From positions 26,678 through 90,677 of the forward strand of contig JANTFL010000001.1 of NCBI GenBank assembly GCA_024763455.1: 64,000 nucleotides of DNA. Reading direction: 5' to 3'. Made by a program: the position numbers and the translations under genes. Shown here in pieces: positions 40,105-49,584 of this stretch (positions are counted from its first letter, which is position 1; the number at the start of each line of letters is the position of its first letter). This DNA is from Sediminispirochaeta sp. Its GTDB lineage: Bacteria > Spirochaetota > Spirochaetia > B11-G9. A model generated the notes under the pieces. That model worked only from the letters and a program-made list of their open reading frames with translations. It did not search any database and was not told the DNA's origin.

Positions 40105-41154
40105 CTAACCGTTTTTAGTTAAGAACTCCCGGTATTTTGCCGGGTCAGGTCTAAATCCAATTATATTTGCATCTTGTTCTTTTCCAGCCCTTTTAAGTGC
40201 AGCCGAAGCTTCTGAAAACAGAACATCTCCGTCTACAAGCCGCCCGTTTCTTGAACTGATACCGTACAGGATTGTATACCGTGTAAGAATATCAATCTTT
40301 GTTGAGGTGTTTTGATCAAAATCACGAATCAGTGCTATTCCCTTTTCAATATCAGCGTTTGGAATGATTACAGCATACAAATCAGAGGCACATCTGCATA
40401 TAAGGTCGGAATAGGTAAAGGTTTCCTGCAAAAGCCTTTCAAAAGAATTCATGGCTGAAGCAGAGGTCTCGTTTGGAATGTTTACCAAAGCCAGGACCAT
40501 ATCCTGATCGAATGATGCCGAACGTTTCAGTTCATTAGAAATCTTTGAGATAAATTCATATCTCATCCCTGATCTGTCTTTCTCAGCTTTTCGATCTTTT
40601 GAGTAGTGAGCTGCTTTAGAGATATCTTTCGAGTCCCTGCTGGATATAAGAATAATAAATGCGATAATGATAAATACCAGGGATGCTGCAATTGCATATT
40701 TTAGAAGAGATGCAAACTGATTAATCTGAAGTACCGTAAATACGGTTTTTATTTGATAAATCCTGCCTCGGTAGGGTTTGAACGTTGAAAGAGACGTATC
40801 CCTGATAGTGTCAACCACCTGCGTAAACGTCTCTGCTGTAGTGGATACCGCAGTTGCATTCCTGGCAAATACATAGAGGGATGATCCCTTATCATCAGAG
40901 ATTATCAGGGATTTTAACGAAGGGGAAGAAAGTGCCAGGTTTGAAAGTTTGACAAAGTTAGAAGTTTTTGATGAAGCACTGGTTTTGCTAAAGAGATCAT
41001 CAATAACAGTTTCCGAGATTGAATCAAACATAGTCTTTGCCTTCAAAGTATTCAGATGAAGATTAAAACCCATACTCAAAACAAGGTACAGAACGAGAAT
41101 TGTTATAAAAACAACACCGAAAACGTTAAAATATAATAATTTATTATCCTTCAT
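40105..41154 (-). CDS. membrane protein with two TM segments and a C-terminal degenerate GGDEF-like domain
   Basis: RCASDLYAVIIPN lies where R(Y/F)GG(D/E)EF...LP occurs in diguanylate cyclases; the GG(D/E)EF motif is replaced, so likely non-catalytic. Confidence 0.4.
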   Translation of the reverse strand: MKDNKLLYFNVFGVVFITILVLYLVLSMGFNLHLNTLKAKTMFDSISETVIDDLFSKTSASSKTSNFVKLSNLALSSPSLKSLIISDDKGSSLYVFARNATAVSTTAETFTQVVDTIRDTSLSTFKPYRGRIYQIKTVFTVLQINQFASLLKYAIAASLVFIIIAFIILISSRDSKDISKAAHYSKDRKAEKDRSGMRYEFISKISNELKRSASFDQDMVLALVNIPNETSASAMNSFERLLQETFTYSDLICRCASDLYAVIIPNADIEKGIALIRDFDQNTSTKIDILTRYTILYGISSRNGRLVDGDVLFSEASAALKRAGKEQDANIIGFRPDPAKYREFLTKNG

Positions 41155-41233
41155 TCGACTATTATAAGCATGAATCTCTGATTTTAAAACCTTTTTTCTT
41201 TTCTTTTTAAGTATAAAATACTATCCTAATGAT

Positions 41234-42067
41234 ATGAAACTTTACGAAAAAAGAGACAGGTCACTACCTTCAGGCTGGTATCCTGATACAGAAGAAGGGG
41301 TGCGGAAAATTTTAATAAACTGGGAGGAGCGCTACGGGAAAAGAGAAGAGGGCTGTATCTCGGGAATAGTCCCCCATGCTGGATGGTTTTTTTCAGGGTA
41401 TATTGCTTTCTCTGTAATGAGTAACCTCTCTCCAGATGCGGATACGATTGTGATTGCAGGCGGTCATTTGCCTGGCGGAGTATCACCAATGCTCTTCAAC
41501 TATAAGGTAATGGAAACACCTATCGGTCCTTTGGAGACAGATTTAACCTTCCTTGAGGAGCTTTCAGGGCGAATTACATTTTACGAAGGTACAGAAGCAG
41601 ACAACACTGTTGAAATCCAGCTGCCTATTGTCAAGTATCTTTTCCCTGGGAGTAAGGTCGTAGCTTTAAGGGTTGGTGCAGGCAGCGATGCAATTGAACT
41701 AGGCGGGGAAATTGCAGCCGTTTCAAGAAAGCTGGGTAAAAAGACTGTTGTTGTTGGATCAACTGATCTCACCCATTACGGACCTTCATACGGATTTACC
41801 CCCCATGGGACCGGTAATTCAGCCCTCCGCTGGGTTAAAGAAGTAAATGACAAGAAAATAGTAAATGCTTTTTTATCAATGGAAGAAGAAAAAGTTCTGG
41901 AGTACGGGAACAGGAACAAGGCGGCATGCTCATCCGGCGCTGCTGCGAGTGCTATAGCATTTGCCCGTCACTTTGGCAGGTCACAAGGGGAGCTTATTTC
42001 ATACATGACCAGTAATGATGTCTATCCATCAGACTCCTTTGTCGGTTATGCCGGAGTAGTGTACTAA
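41234..42067 (+). CDS. MEMO1 / AmmeMemoRadiSam system protein B family
   Basis: LPSGWYPD...GIVPHAGWFFSG N-terminal motifs characteristic of the Memo-like family. Confidence 0.7.
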   Translation: MKLYEKRDRSLPSGWYPDTEEGVRKILINWEERYGKREEGCISGIVPHAGWFFSGYIAFSVMSNLSPDADTIVIAGGHLPGGVSPMLFNYKVMETPIGPLETDLTFLEELSGRITFYEGTEADNTVEIQLPIVKYLFPGSKVVALRVGAGSDAIELGGEIAAVSRKLGKKTVVVGSTDLTHYGPSYGFTPHGTGNSALRWVKEVNDKKIVNAFLSMEEEKVLEYGNRNKAACSSGAAASAIAFARHFGRSQGELISYMTSNDVYPSDSFVGYAGVVY

Positions 42068-43746
42068 GATGCAATTACCTTCGCTACTGTTTCAATTGTC
42101 CAGTCAAGAGTTTTTCTAAGAATCTCCATCCCTCCTGTATCAGGGGAACACACTCTCCTGATTGCAGCTGCTGCGGGGAAAAGAGTGATGCAAACCTCTT
42201 TTTGTCTTGAGGTAAGAGAGTGCATATATCCGGATAAAGACTCTGCCGGTACTGGAAGAGATTTAAGATCCTGGTAGTACGAGTAAAGAAAATGATTCCA
42301 TGAGAGATCAGCTGGCCCTGCGGAAAATATACTTGATATTCCGTATGATTCGGGTATTTTTTGATATGCAGGGATTTCTATCATTTCACCTTCCCCTTCA
42401 GGAATGATTACTTCGGATTTGAGACTGCTGATCAGTTTTTCAAGTCTTTTTTTATAACTAATCATTGGTTTCGTCACATACCGTGAGCTTCTCGTATCAG
42501 TTACATGGTTAGTCTCATCGTTGTGAAAAATAAAATCAATAAAAAAATCTTCAAGAGGTTGTGTTCTGTGTGTCAGAGCGCTGAAATATGGATATAAATA
42601 GGTACCTCTGGCATAACTCTTGCCGTAGGGATAAGAGAAGTCAACCCCGAAAAGCAAAATTTTTTTTGCCCCCAGAGAGTAGGCAAGGGATACTGCGGCA
42701 TGGCTGACATTTCCGCCTGAAGTATCAATAAAAGGGAATTCCCTCCATCTTTTTTTTACATACAATGAGAACGGGTGACCGCTGGTAAAAAAAAGAACAT
42801 TGTCTGTAAGCCGGGTTATGAGCTGAGGCGATGCAAGATCAAGAACAAGAGGGATATCATTGGGGATTCCAGTCATAAAGTGATGAAACGTAATATGCTG
42901 GCAGTCGATAGATAATATCAGGTCAGGTTTAATCCCATTTTGTATAAGAGCGGGATAAGCGGTGTCTGTTGTAATCAGAAATCCATCTTTTGAATGCTCC
43001 TTTAATTGTGGCAGCTGCTTTTCTAACGACGGACCGGCTCCGGCTATGAGTGCTTTATTAACAGGAGAAATAACAGTAGTAGTTTTTTCTGCCGCCTTCA
43101 GGTTAAGAAGTGTGTTCACAAACCACCTTTTGCCGAAGTAAGATTGTACTGAAAAATCCTCTGAAAGCGGTGTTATTACATCATTGATTGTTTTTGTAAC
43201 ACTGGAAAAAAATTCGTTTTCCATTTCAACTCTTGCTCTGAGTTTAAGAATATCAAGGTTTCCTGATATGGCAGGGATATAGTTTTCAAGAATATGACTG
43301 GATATATCCTCTGGTGAGGGATCAATAAGTATGCGTACTCTTTTATCAAGAAAAAGTGAGGTGAGATTAAAATGAGTGAGTATTTTCTTGAAAAAGCCAT
43401 AATCCTTGTCAATTACAAGAATCTCAGATATTTGTTTATCTTCAGTAAAGGGTAGTATATGATAACCGGCACCAAAACCGAGGATAATTATGTAACCACT
43501 TGCTTTAAACGTAGAATAAAACCTCTTCCCTTCTTTCTCCGGATCAAAGGTTGAATGAAGAGGGACTTCTCTATCGTTTTTTTTCAAAAACGGAACCCGC
43601 ATTCCTGTTCTGCTTTCTTTTATCAGGTACTGATCAGATTCATCAACATAGCTTATCTTGGAGGCAAGACTGGAATTCGTCGCCGAAAGTGCAAGAAGAT
43701 TGGATTCAAGAAACGACTGATTACTCTGTTTCTGCATTATGTTCAA
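42064..43746 (-). CDS. motility accessory factor (Maf) / DUF115 MptE-like family protein, paralog 2
   Basis: LIAGAGPSLEKQLPQLKEH...TTDTAYPALIQNGIKPDLILSIDCQ core. Confidence 0.6.
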   Translation of the reverse strand: MNIMQKQSNQSFLESNLLALSATNSSLASKISYVDESDQYLIKESRTGMRVPFLKKNDREVPLHSTFDPEKEGKRFYSTFKASGYIIILGFGAGYHILPFTEDKQISEILVIDKDYGFFKKILTHFNLTSLFLDKRVRILIDPSPEDISSHILENYIPAISGNLDILKLRARVEMENEFFSSVTKTINDVITPLSEDFSVQSYFGKRWFVNTLLNLKAAEKTTTVISPVNKALIAGAGPSLEKQLPQLKEHSKDGFLITTDTAYPALIQNGIKPDLILSIDCQHITFHHFMTGIPNDIPLVLDLASPQLITRLTDNVLFFTSGHPFSLYVKKRWREFPFIDTSGGNVSHAAVSLAYSLGAKKILLFGVDFSYPYGKSYARGTYLYPYFSALTHRTQPLEDFFIDFIFHNDETNHVTDTRSSRYVTKPMISYKKRLEKLISSLKSEVIIPEGEGEMIEIPAYQKIPESYGISSIFSAGPADLSWNHFLYSYYQDLKSLPVPAESLSGYMHSLTSRQKEVCITLFPAAAAIRRVCSPDTGGMEILRKTLDWTIETVAKVIAS

Positions 43747-45253
43747 AAGTTCCCCTTACTATTTCTTCGGCTGTTGTAATTATCGGATAAAGATCATCTA
43801 CAGTGCAGCTTTCGCCTGAAGAAAGTTTTTTTACACAGATAATAATTTCCTGGAGTGAAAATAGATAGAATAAACCGGTTAAAGATTCATCTCTGGTAAG
43901 AAAGCGGACTAAGTCCTGAAAACCAGTTATCTCAGGGATCTCCCTCTTTACGATTTGAAGTTTTTTTATGATTGCATGAAGGGAAGAATCAATGAGATCA
44001 AAAGATTTCGGTTTTGCTACTGAAGAAAAAAAGAATTCAGTGGAATCGGCACGTATATTCCCGGTTACTAATTGAATGATTTCACTACCCTTTACTGAGT
44101 GGAAAAAATTTAATGTGGAAGACGATGGATTAACCCTGTAAATATTGTTACTGATACGGACATTATTAAACCAGTTAGCATAGGTTTGGTAAGCTCTATT
44201 GCTCCCCTGATGCTGTGAATCAATCTTGTGTGAATACAATATGTCAAGATATGGGTGAACCCTGGATTCTCGGCATTTAAAATAATTATCAAAAGTATGG
44301 GGGCTTACATGGCTGTGGACATCATTGAATGCAAGATCCAGTCCAGCTACAAATACTGAGGGACTGCCAAGTTTTAACGAGAGTACTAGAGCTGTAGCTG
44401 CAACAGTGCCGGTTTCAAAGAGTTTTACTGAGGGGATCGAAATAAATGAAGACACCCATTTTTCCAATTCAGAGTTCTGGTTAATCAGGAGAACAGGTCC
44501 ATCAACTTTGAGGTGGGTTGCAGTCAAAGGCATGGCAAATGGAATTCCCCGAATAAAATCCTGCCTGAAATGAAATCGATTCCAGAAACCGGGATCAGTA
44601 TTTACAATTAAATCAGGATAAATCGAATAGTATTCAAGTGCATGAAGCGATGAAGGAAGTGCTGTTATAAAAAAAAGTTCCCGATGCTCTTTTATCAGCG
44701 GTAACATCTTGGAAAGAGACGGTCCTGCGGCAGTAATAAGAACAGGCTTTGAAATTTTAAATGAATCCGGGTTTATAAACGTATTGATGTATTTTAGATT
44801 TAGGTATAAATTTCGAATCCATTTTCTACTGAAGTTAACTGTTGTAACTACAGAGCCGTTTCTTTCTTCCATGAATGAAAAAATAGTATCAGCTACCAAT
44901 TGATGGATCTCTGGGAAAGCTTTTGAACACGGTTTCCAAACAATCAACCGGAGAACCGGAATCATGAAATCGGGTATTGAAGAGCCCAAAAAACTTTTCA
45001 ATGAAGTATTTGAACCGACGTACCATGAAAGTTTTTTATCCTTGGCTTTGTCATAAAAAATCTTGTTGTAATATACAGAAACAACTAAGGAACCAGGATA
45101 CCTATCCATCAGATACTTTTTCAGATATTCCCCTCCCGGCCCGGTCAGGAGAAATAGATAACATCCCTTTTTAATATTTAAAGAATCCACATACCGTGAG
45201 GCTGCACGCTCAGGCGCATAAGGTGAATGAATGGTAATACCGTTGTATTTCAA
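43721..45253 (-). CDS. motility accessory factor (Maf) / DUF115 MptE-like family protein, paralog 3
   Basis: LITAAGPSLSKMLPLIKEH...PDLIVNTDP core; overlaps paralog 2 by 26 nt (operonic). Confidence 0.6.
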   Translation of the reverse strand: MKYNGITIHSPYAPERAASRYVDSLNIKKGCYLFLLTGPGGEYLKKYLMDRYPGSLVVSVYYNKIFYDKAKDKKLSWYVGSNTSLKSFLGSSIPDFMIPVLRLIVWKPCSKAFPEIHQLVADTIFSFMEERNGSVVTTVNFSRKWIRNLYLNLKYINTFINPDSFKISKPVLITAAGPSLSKMLPLIKEHRELFFITALPSSLHALEYYSIYPDLIVNTDPGFWNRFHFRQDFIRGIPFAMPLTATHLKVDGPVLLINQNSELEKWVSSFISIPSVKLFETGTVAATALVLSLKLGSPSVFVAGLDLAFNDVHSHVSPHTFDNYFKCRESRVHPYLDILYSHKIDSQHQGSNRAYQTYANWFNNVRISNNIYRVNPSSSTLNFFHSVKGSEIIQLVTGNIRADSTEFFFSSVAKPKSFDLIDSSLHAIIKKLQIVKREIPEITGFQDLVRFLTRDESLTGLFYLFSLQEIIICVKKLSSGESCTVDDLYPIITTAEEIVRGTFEHNAETE

Positions 45254-45265
45254 AGAGGTATTCCT

Positions 45266-46186
45266 CTAAAGGATATCCAGCTTGGAAAGAAGCAAATCCA
45301 CATCTCTGCCCTGTTCAGGATACAAGATATAGGAATGTTTTATAACCGGAAGATCAGTCTGAATATTAAAATAATTTTTTAAGGTTAATTCAATTTGAGT
45401 TGTTAGAATCTGCGGTTTTTTCATAGTATGTGATGAAAAGAGCAGCAAGGATGTATAAAGATCAATCTGTAATAATCTGCCGGATATATTAACCATAGAG
45501 TAGATTGTGTCAAAAATATCCTGGGATATCTGTTTATCTTCCTGGCTTTCAGATCCGGACTCAGAAATAATGGAAATAAGCTCTTCAAAGTTGAGTTTAA
45601 TAAGGAAAATAACAGAATCCCTATGTTTTGAAAGGTACCGTGATACGAAAGGAATTATTGATGAATCAGCGGACACTGCAGTTTTTTTACTGCTTTCAAT
45701 TTTGGATAGCTTTTCAAGAATAAGTCTTAGAGTTTTTATTGCTTCATCAACAGCTCGTGGTTTTTGAATCATCGGTGAATTGATACCCAGAAATGCAGTA
45801 TCTTGATGCTTCATAAAAGTGATGTTCTTCAGTCCTGTGAATTCGCGTATTGAAAGCAGCGGTTTAAAATTCTGCAGATCCTCAGGTGAAGTAAGTATGT
45901 TAAACCCTTCTGTTTTGAAGATGGAACTTAAAAATTTATTGTTAAATCTAACTCTTCGGCTGGAGGTTATATCAATACCGGTTTGGGCTGCCGGTAACCA
46001 AAGATCTTCTTTGGGGTTATAAGAAAGAAACAAAGCTTTTTTAAGACCAACAAAATCACAAAAAAGGTTTAATGACTTTAAAGGATATGATTCATCAGTG
46101 GATAAATCTCTTTCACTACGAACAAAATCTTCGTAGCTTTTTTTTTTAGAATCTTTTGTATCTAAAACAGTGTTTAGTAAACCCAT
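45266..46186 (-). CDS. hypothetical protein (306 aa)
   Basis: ORF with no recognisable motif, in an operon with the Maf paralogs. Confidence 0.5.
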   Translation of the reverse strand: MGLLNTVLDTKDSKKKSYEDFVRSERDLSTDESYPLKSLNLFCDFVGLKKALFLSYNPKEDLWLPAAQTGIDITSSRRVRFNNKFLSSIFKTEGFNILTSPEDLQNFKPLLSIREFTGLKNITFMKHQDTAFLGINSPMIQKPRAVDEAIKTLRLILEKLSKIESSKKTAVSADSSIIPFVSRYLSKHRDSVIFLIKLNFEELISIISESGSESQEDKQISQDIFDTIYSMVNISGRLLQIDLYTSLLLFSSHTMKKPQILTTQIELTLKNYFNIQTDLPVIKHSYILYPEQGRDVDLLLSKLDIL

Positions 46187-46190
46187 CTAC

Positions 46191-48401
46191 CTAATGAAGC
46201 CCCAACTCATCAAAAAGTTTTTTATAAACTGAAAAGTACTCGGAGTTTGCAAACTCTTCTATCTTCTCCTCTGGGAGGGACTCGAGCAGCTGATCCATAT
46301 ACGATAGAACTGAAATAACCTCAGATTGCAGATGAGATGGAATCGGTTCTTCTCCAGGAGCATTGTCTGCTATTTCAGTATCCTCTGTTATTTCTTCAGG
46401 AATTTCGATTTCCTCAGGTGCCTCAACAGAATCAGACAATAAATCATCATCCTGGAGTTCCGGTATCTCGATATCAATAGCAGTACTTTCCATAGGTTCA
46501 GAAGGTTCTTTAGGGGGAAGAATATCAAATTCCTCATCAAGATCATTAAGCTCCGGCAGGTCTTCTACAAACTGTTCTTCACTTACTTCTGGAACTTCTT
46601 CAACACGTGCTGCCTCTTCCGGAATCTCAAGATCGGTAAGGTCGGAATCCAGAGAAAGTTCTTCTTCCTCCGGCATCTCCAGGTCGGTAAGGTCAGAATC
46701 CAGAGAAAGTTCTTCTTCCTCCGGCATCTCCAGGTCGGTAAGGTCGGAATCGAGAGAAAGTTCTTCTTCTGGGATCTCAAGATCAGTAAGGTCGGAATCA
46801 AGAGAAAGTTCTTCTTCCGGGATTTCAAGATTCGGCAGATCTGAATCCAGGGATAACTCAGCCGGTTCTTCCTCTTCCTCGATATCAATAAGTTCCGGAG
46901 TTTCGTCGGCTGCCTCATCAAGTACTTCCAGATCGATCAGATCTTCATCTTCAGCGTCCAAATTTAGTTCCGAAACGTCATCAAGCTCAAGGTTTTCGAG
47001 TTCCAGGTCAGGTTCGTCTGTAAAATCTACATCTTCGGAAACTACAGCTTCCGGTATCTCCTCTGCTTCATCGAGTTCGAGTTCTTCAACTTCCGGAATT
47101 TCTTCTTCCATGGAAAGTTCATCCAGTATATCTGGCTGATCAATTAAATCCAGATCTTCTGCTTTGGTTAGTTCCTCGTCCATGGAAAGTTCTTCAGAAT
47201 CTTCAAGAGATTCAGTTTCTACAGCCAGTTCCTCTGTTATATCAGCCGTATTAAGGATATTATCGAGTTCATCCCCTGTTAGAGCAATAGTTTCGTCATC
47301 ATCCTCATTAAAGAAATCACTCGTCTCCTCAGCTGTTTCATCCGTTTGAGAAGCGGTAACCGGAACTGTTTCAGTTGTTTTTAGAGTAGATAACTCCTCT
47401 TTCATTGTAAGAATTTCATTCTTTATGGTAAGGAGTTCGTTTTCAATCTTTTTTAATACTTCAGAAGCCGATTCAACGGATACTTCAGATGCCGTATAAG
47501 AGGGGATGTCACTTTCAACGATATCCTCCTCCTCACCAGTTGTAAGATCTTCAATGATACTTTCAGTTTCATCGAAGTCAACAGAGAAGTCATCAGGGGC
47601 TCCATCACCGGCTTCTTCATCTTCGGAGATTTCAAGGTCAGGGAGTTCTTCAATAGCAAGTTCTTCAGCTCCAGAGATCTCTTCGGCGTTGCCGGGAAGA
47701 GCAGCCTCTTCTTCTCCTTCTTCGTTAAGGAGGATATCATCATCTTCAAGAAAGCTGTCAACATCAAGGTCTTCAAAATCTTCATCGAGGCCGGAACTGA
47801 GTAGATCATCTTCATCAAGATCAAGATCAAGATCATCAACTGAATCTGTCTCAGGGTTAACGGAACTTATACTCTCAGTTTCACGTTCCGGTTCTGTGAC
47901 AGCCTCGATATCTTCTATATCCTCAAGCTCAAGGTCTTCCAGTTCACTGTCCAGGTCATCAAGATCAGCCAATTCTACATCTTCAAGTTCCAGATCATCC
48001 TCTTCCATAGTCTCCATTTCCGGTTCATCTCCTATGCCAGCAGTTTCAGTCTCTTTGGTATTTTCAGGAGACTCATCAAAAGTCTCTGAAGATTCTATAT
48101 CAAGAGGCATGTCAAAAGATTCGTCTTCTTCAAGATCGAAGTCAAGATCATCCAGTTCGTCAATCTCGTCATCGATTTCTTCTGTAACAAGTTCCTTTTC
48201 AAGTTCTCCCAGAAGATTTTCTTCTTCCTCTGTAATTGCACTCTCAGTAGTATCCTGAATATCATGAAGAGAGAAATCTTCTCCTGTATTTAAAGTGTCT
48301 TCGGTTTCAATCTCTTCCGGACCTGCTTTTACCCATACTCCGTACTGTTCAAGCTCTTTTTCTTTTTTTATGTCATCATTCCCGTTTGACACCATTTCCA
48401 T
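46191..48401 (-). CDS. hypothetical hyper-acidic repetitive protein (736 aa; dominated by D/E/L) with a short coiled-coil segment and a small conserved-looking C-terminus
   Basis: long ORF; five tandem copies of ELSLDSDLTDLE(I/M)PEE(E); coiled-coil VLKKIENELLTIKNEILTMKEELSTLK; non-acidic ends (KELEQYGVWVKAG ... EFANSEYFSVYKKLFDELGLH); the antisense Ser-rich ORFs in the track are mirror artefacts. Confidence 0.6.
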   Translation of the reverse strand: MEMVSNGNDDIKKEKELEQYGVWVKAGPEEIETEDTLNTGEDFSLHDIQDTTESAITEEEENLLGELEKELVTEEIDDEIDELDDLDFDLEEDESFDMPLDIESSETFDESPENTKETETAGIGDEPEMETMEEDDLELEDVELADLDDLDSELEDLELEDIEDIEAVTEPERETESISSVNPETDSVDDLDLDLDEDDLLSSGLDEDFEDLDVDSFLEDDDILLNEEGEEEAALPGNAEEISGAEELAIEELPDLEISEDEEAGDGAPDDFSVDFDETESIIEDLTTGEEEDIVESDIPSYTASEVSVESASEVLKKIENELLTIKNEILTMKEELSTLKTTETVPVTASQTDETAEETSDFFNEDDDETIALTGDELDNILNTADITEELAVETESLEDSEELSMDEELTKAEDLDLIDQPDILDELSMEEEIPEVEELELDEAEEIPEAVVSEDVDFTDEPDLELENLELDDVSELNLDAEDEDLIDLEVLDEAADETPELIDIEEEEEPAELSLDSDLPNLEIPEEELSLDSDLTDLEIPEEELSLDSDLTDLEMPEEEELSLDSDLTDLEMPEEEELSLDSDLTDLEIPEEAARVEEVPEVSEEQFVEDLPELNDLDEEFDILPPKEPSEPMESTAIDIEIPELQDDDLLSDSVEAPEEIEIPEEITEDTEIADNAPGEEPIPSHLQSEVISVLSYMDQLLESLPEEKIEEFANSEYFSVYKKLFDELGLH
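46590..46880. repeat. about five tandem ~54-57-nt coding repeats inside the acidic protein gene
   Basis: near-identical units ...gaagaactttctctggattccgaccttaccgacctggagatgccggag... read directly in the sequence. Confidence 0.7.
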
Positions 48402-48593
48402 CTCCTGATATTTAGTTCACTTTTACAAATATCGGCAAATAAATTTAAAGTATGACTTATTTATCAGTTTCAATACTATTAATTACAAGTTATCAGAATT
48501 ATAGAGAAATAACAATCAAAATCTAAAAAATATTGAGCCCTTTTCTCTTTCCCGGCTCAAGATTAAGACCTGAATTTCCGTAAAAAAGAACAT

Positions 48594-49067
48594 ATGAAGC
48601 TCATTCACCGTTTACTGATAAGTTTATACACCGCATTTATAGTATTTACCTGGTTATCCTTCTTTGTGGGTCCAAATGGACTGGCAGAAAGCCGCCAGCT
48701 GGAACAATACAAGGAGAAGCTTGTAAAAGGGAATCTCGAAATGGAGAAGATAAACCAGAAGCTTGACAATGAATTTAGAAGACTTGAAAGTGACCCTGAT
48801 AGAATTGCCCTGGAAGCAAGAAGCCTTGGATACTATCGTGATAATGAGGGGATATTCCTTTTGGAAGGATATCATGTAAACCGTAAGGGCTATTCGGTAG
48901 GATCACTTTTCAGAGAATATTCGGGTAAAACTTCAAGTATAGCGGCAATCAGGCTGACAGCAGTATCGCTGGGTGTTGTTGTGTTCTTTTTTCTGACCAT
49001 ATTTTCGAGGAACAAAAATGATTATACTATCCGCAGAAGACGATATTCGGAAGCACGTTATAATTAA
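48594..49067 (+). CDS. septum formation initiator family protein (FtsB/DivIC-like)
   Basis: N-terminal TM, coiled coil (LEQYKEKLVKGNLEMEKINQKL), and DPDRIALEARSLGYYRDNEGIF matching the FtsB/DivIC C-motif. Confidence 0.65.
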   Translation: MKLIHRLLISLYTAFIVFTWLSFFVGPNGLAESRQLEQYKEKLVKGNLEMEKINQKLDNEFRRLESDPDRIALEARSLGYYRDNEGIFLLEGYHVNRKGYSVGSLFREYSGKTSSIAAIRLTAVSLGVVVFFFLTIFSRNKNDYTIRRRRYSEARYN

Positions 49068-49584
49068 AACACTGAAAGAAAACGGAATTGTTATTATGCC
49101 CTGCGATACCATATACGGTTTTGTTGGTGCTGTCCCTGATACGGGAGAAAAAATCGCATCAATCAAGGGGAGGGAAGAGGGGAAAAAGTTTCTTCAGCTT
49201 ATTCTTCCATCATGGCTCGGCAACTTTACCGATATGAAAATAGAAGAGGAGCTTCTTAAGGTGAGTCCCGGCTGTATTACCTTTATTATTAAAAACCGGA
49301 CAGGAGATACTACAGCAGTCAGGTTCCCTGAAGATCCCTTCCTTGCTGATATTATTGATGGTGTTGGCAGACCGTTGTACTCAACCAGTGTAAACAGGAG
49401 CGGAGCACAGATCCTGTTCCGCCCCGTTGAAATGATTGAGGAATTCGGCAACGAAATAGATGTTCTGCTTGATGCCGGTGAAATTCCCGGTAAAAAACCA
49501 TCCACCATACTCGATGTTACTGCGAGACCTTACAGAATACTAAGACAGGGTGCAGGTGCTGTTCCGGAAAAGTACCTTACCTGA
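49018..49584 (+). CDS. tsaC: L-threonylcarbamoyladenylate synthase, YrdC/TsaC family
   Basis: IVIMPCDTIYGFVGA and SIKGREEGKKF motifs of the YrdC domain. Confidence 0.75.
   Translation: MIILSAEDDIRKHVIIKTLKENGIVIMPCDTIYGFVGAVPDTGEKIASIKGREEGKKFLQLILPSWLGNFTDMKIEEELLKVSPGCITFIIKNRTGDTTAVRFPEDPFLADIIDGVGRPLYSTSVNRSGAQILFRPVEMIEEFGNEIDVLLDAGEIPGKKPSTILDVTARPYRILRQGAGAVPEKYLT

Noticed and set aside
46363-48258. Plus-strand Ser-rich ORFs (46363..47139, 47164..47349, 47506..48258) and a minus-strand ORF (47453..47839)
   Set aside because: They lie entirely within the 46191..48401 acidic-protein gene. Poly-Ser frames are the antisense or shifted-frame mirror of GAx/GAy-rich coding sequence (TCx on the other strand), and the acidic frame is the longest and most coherent.
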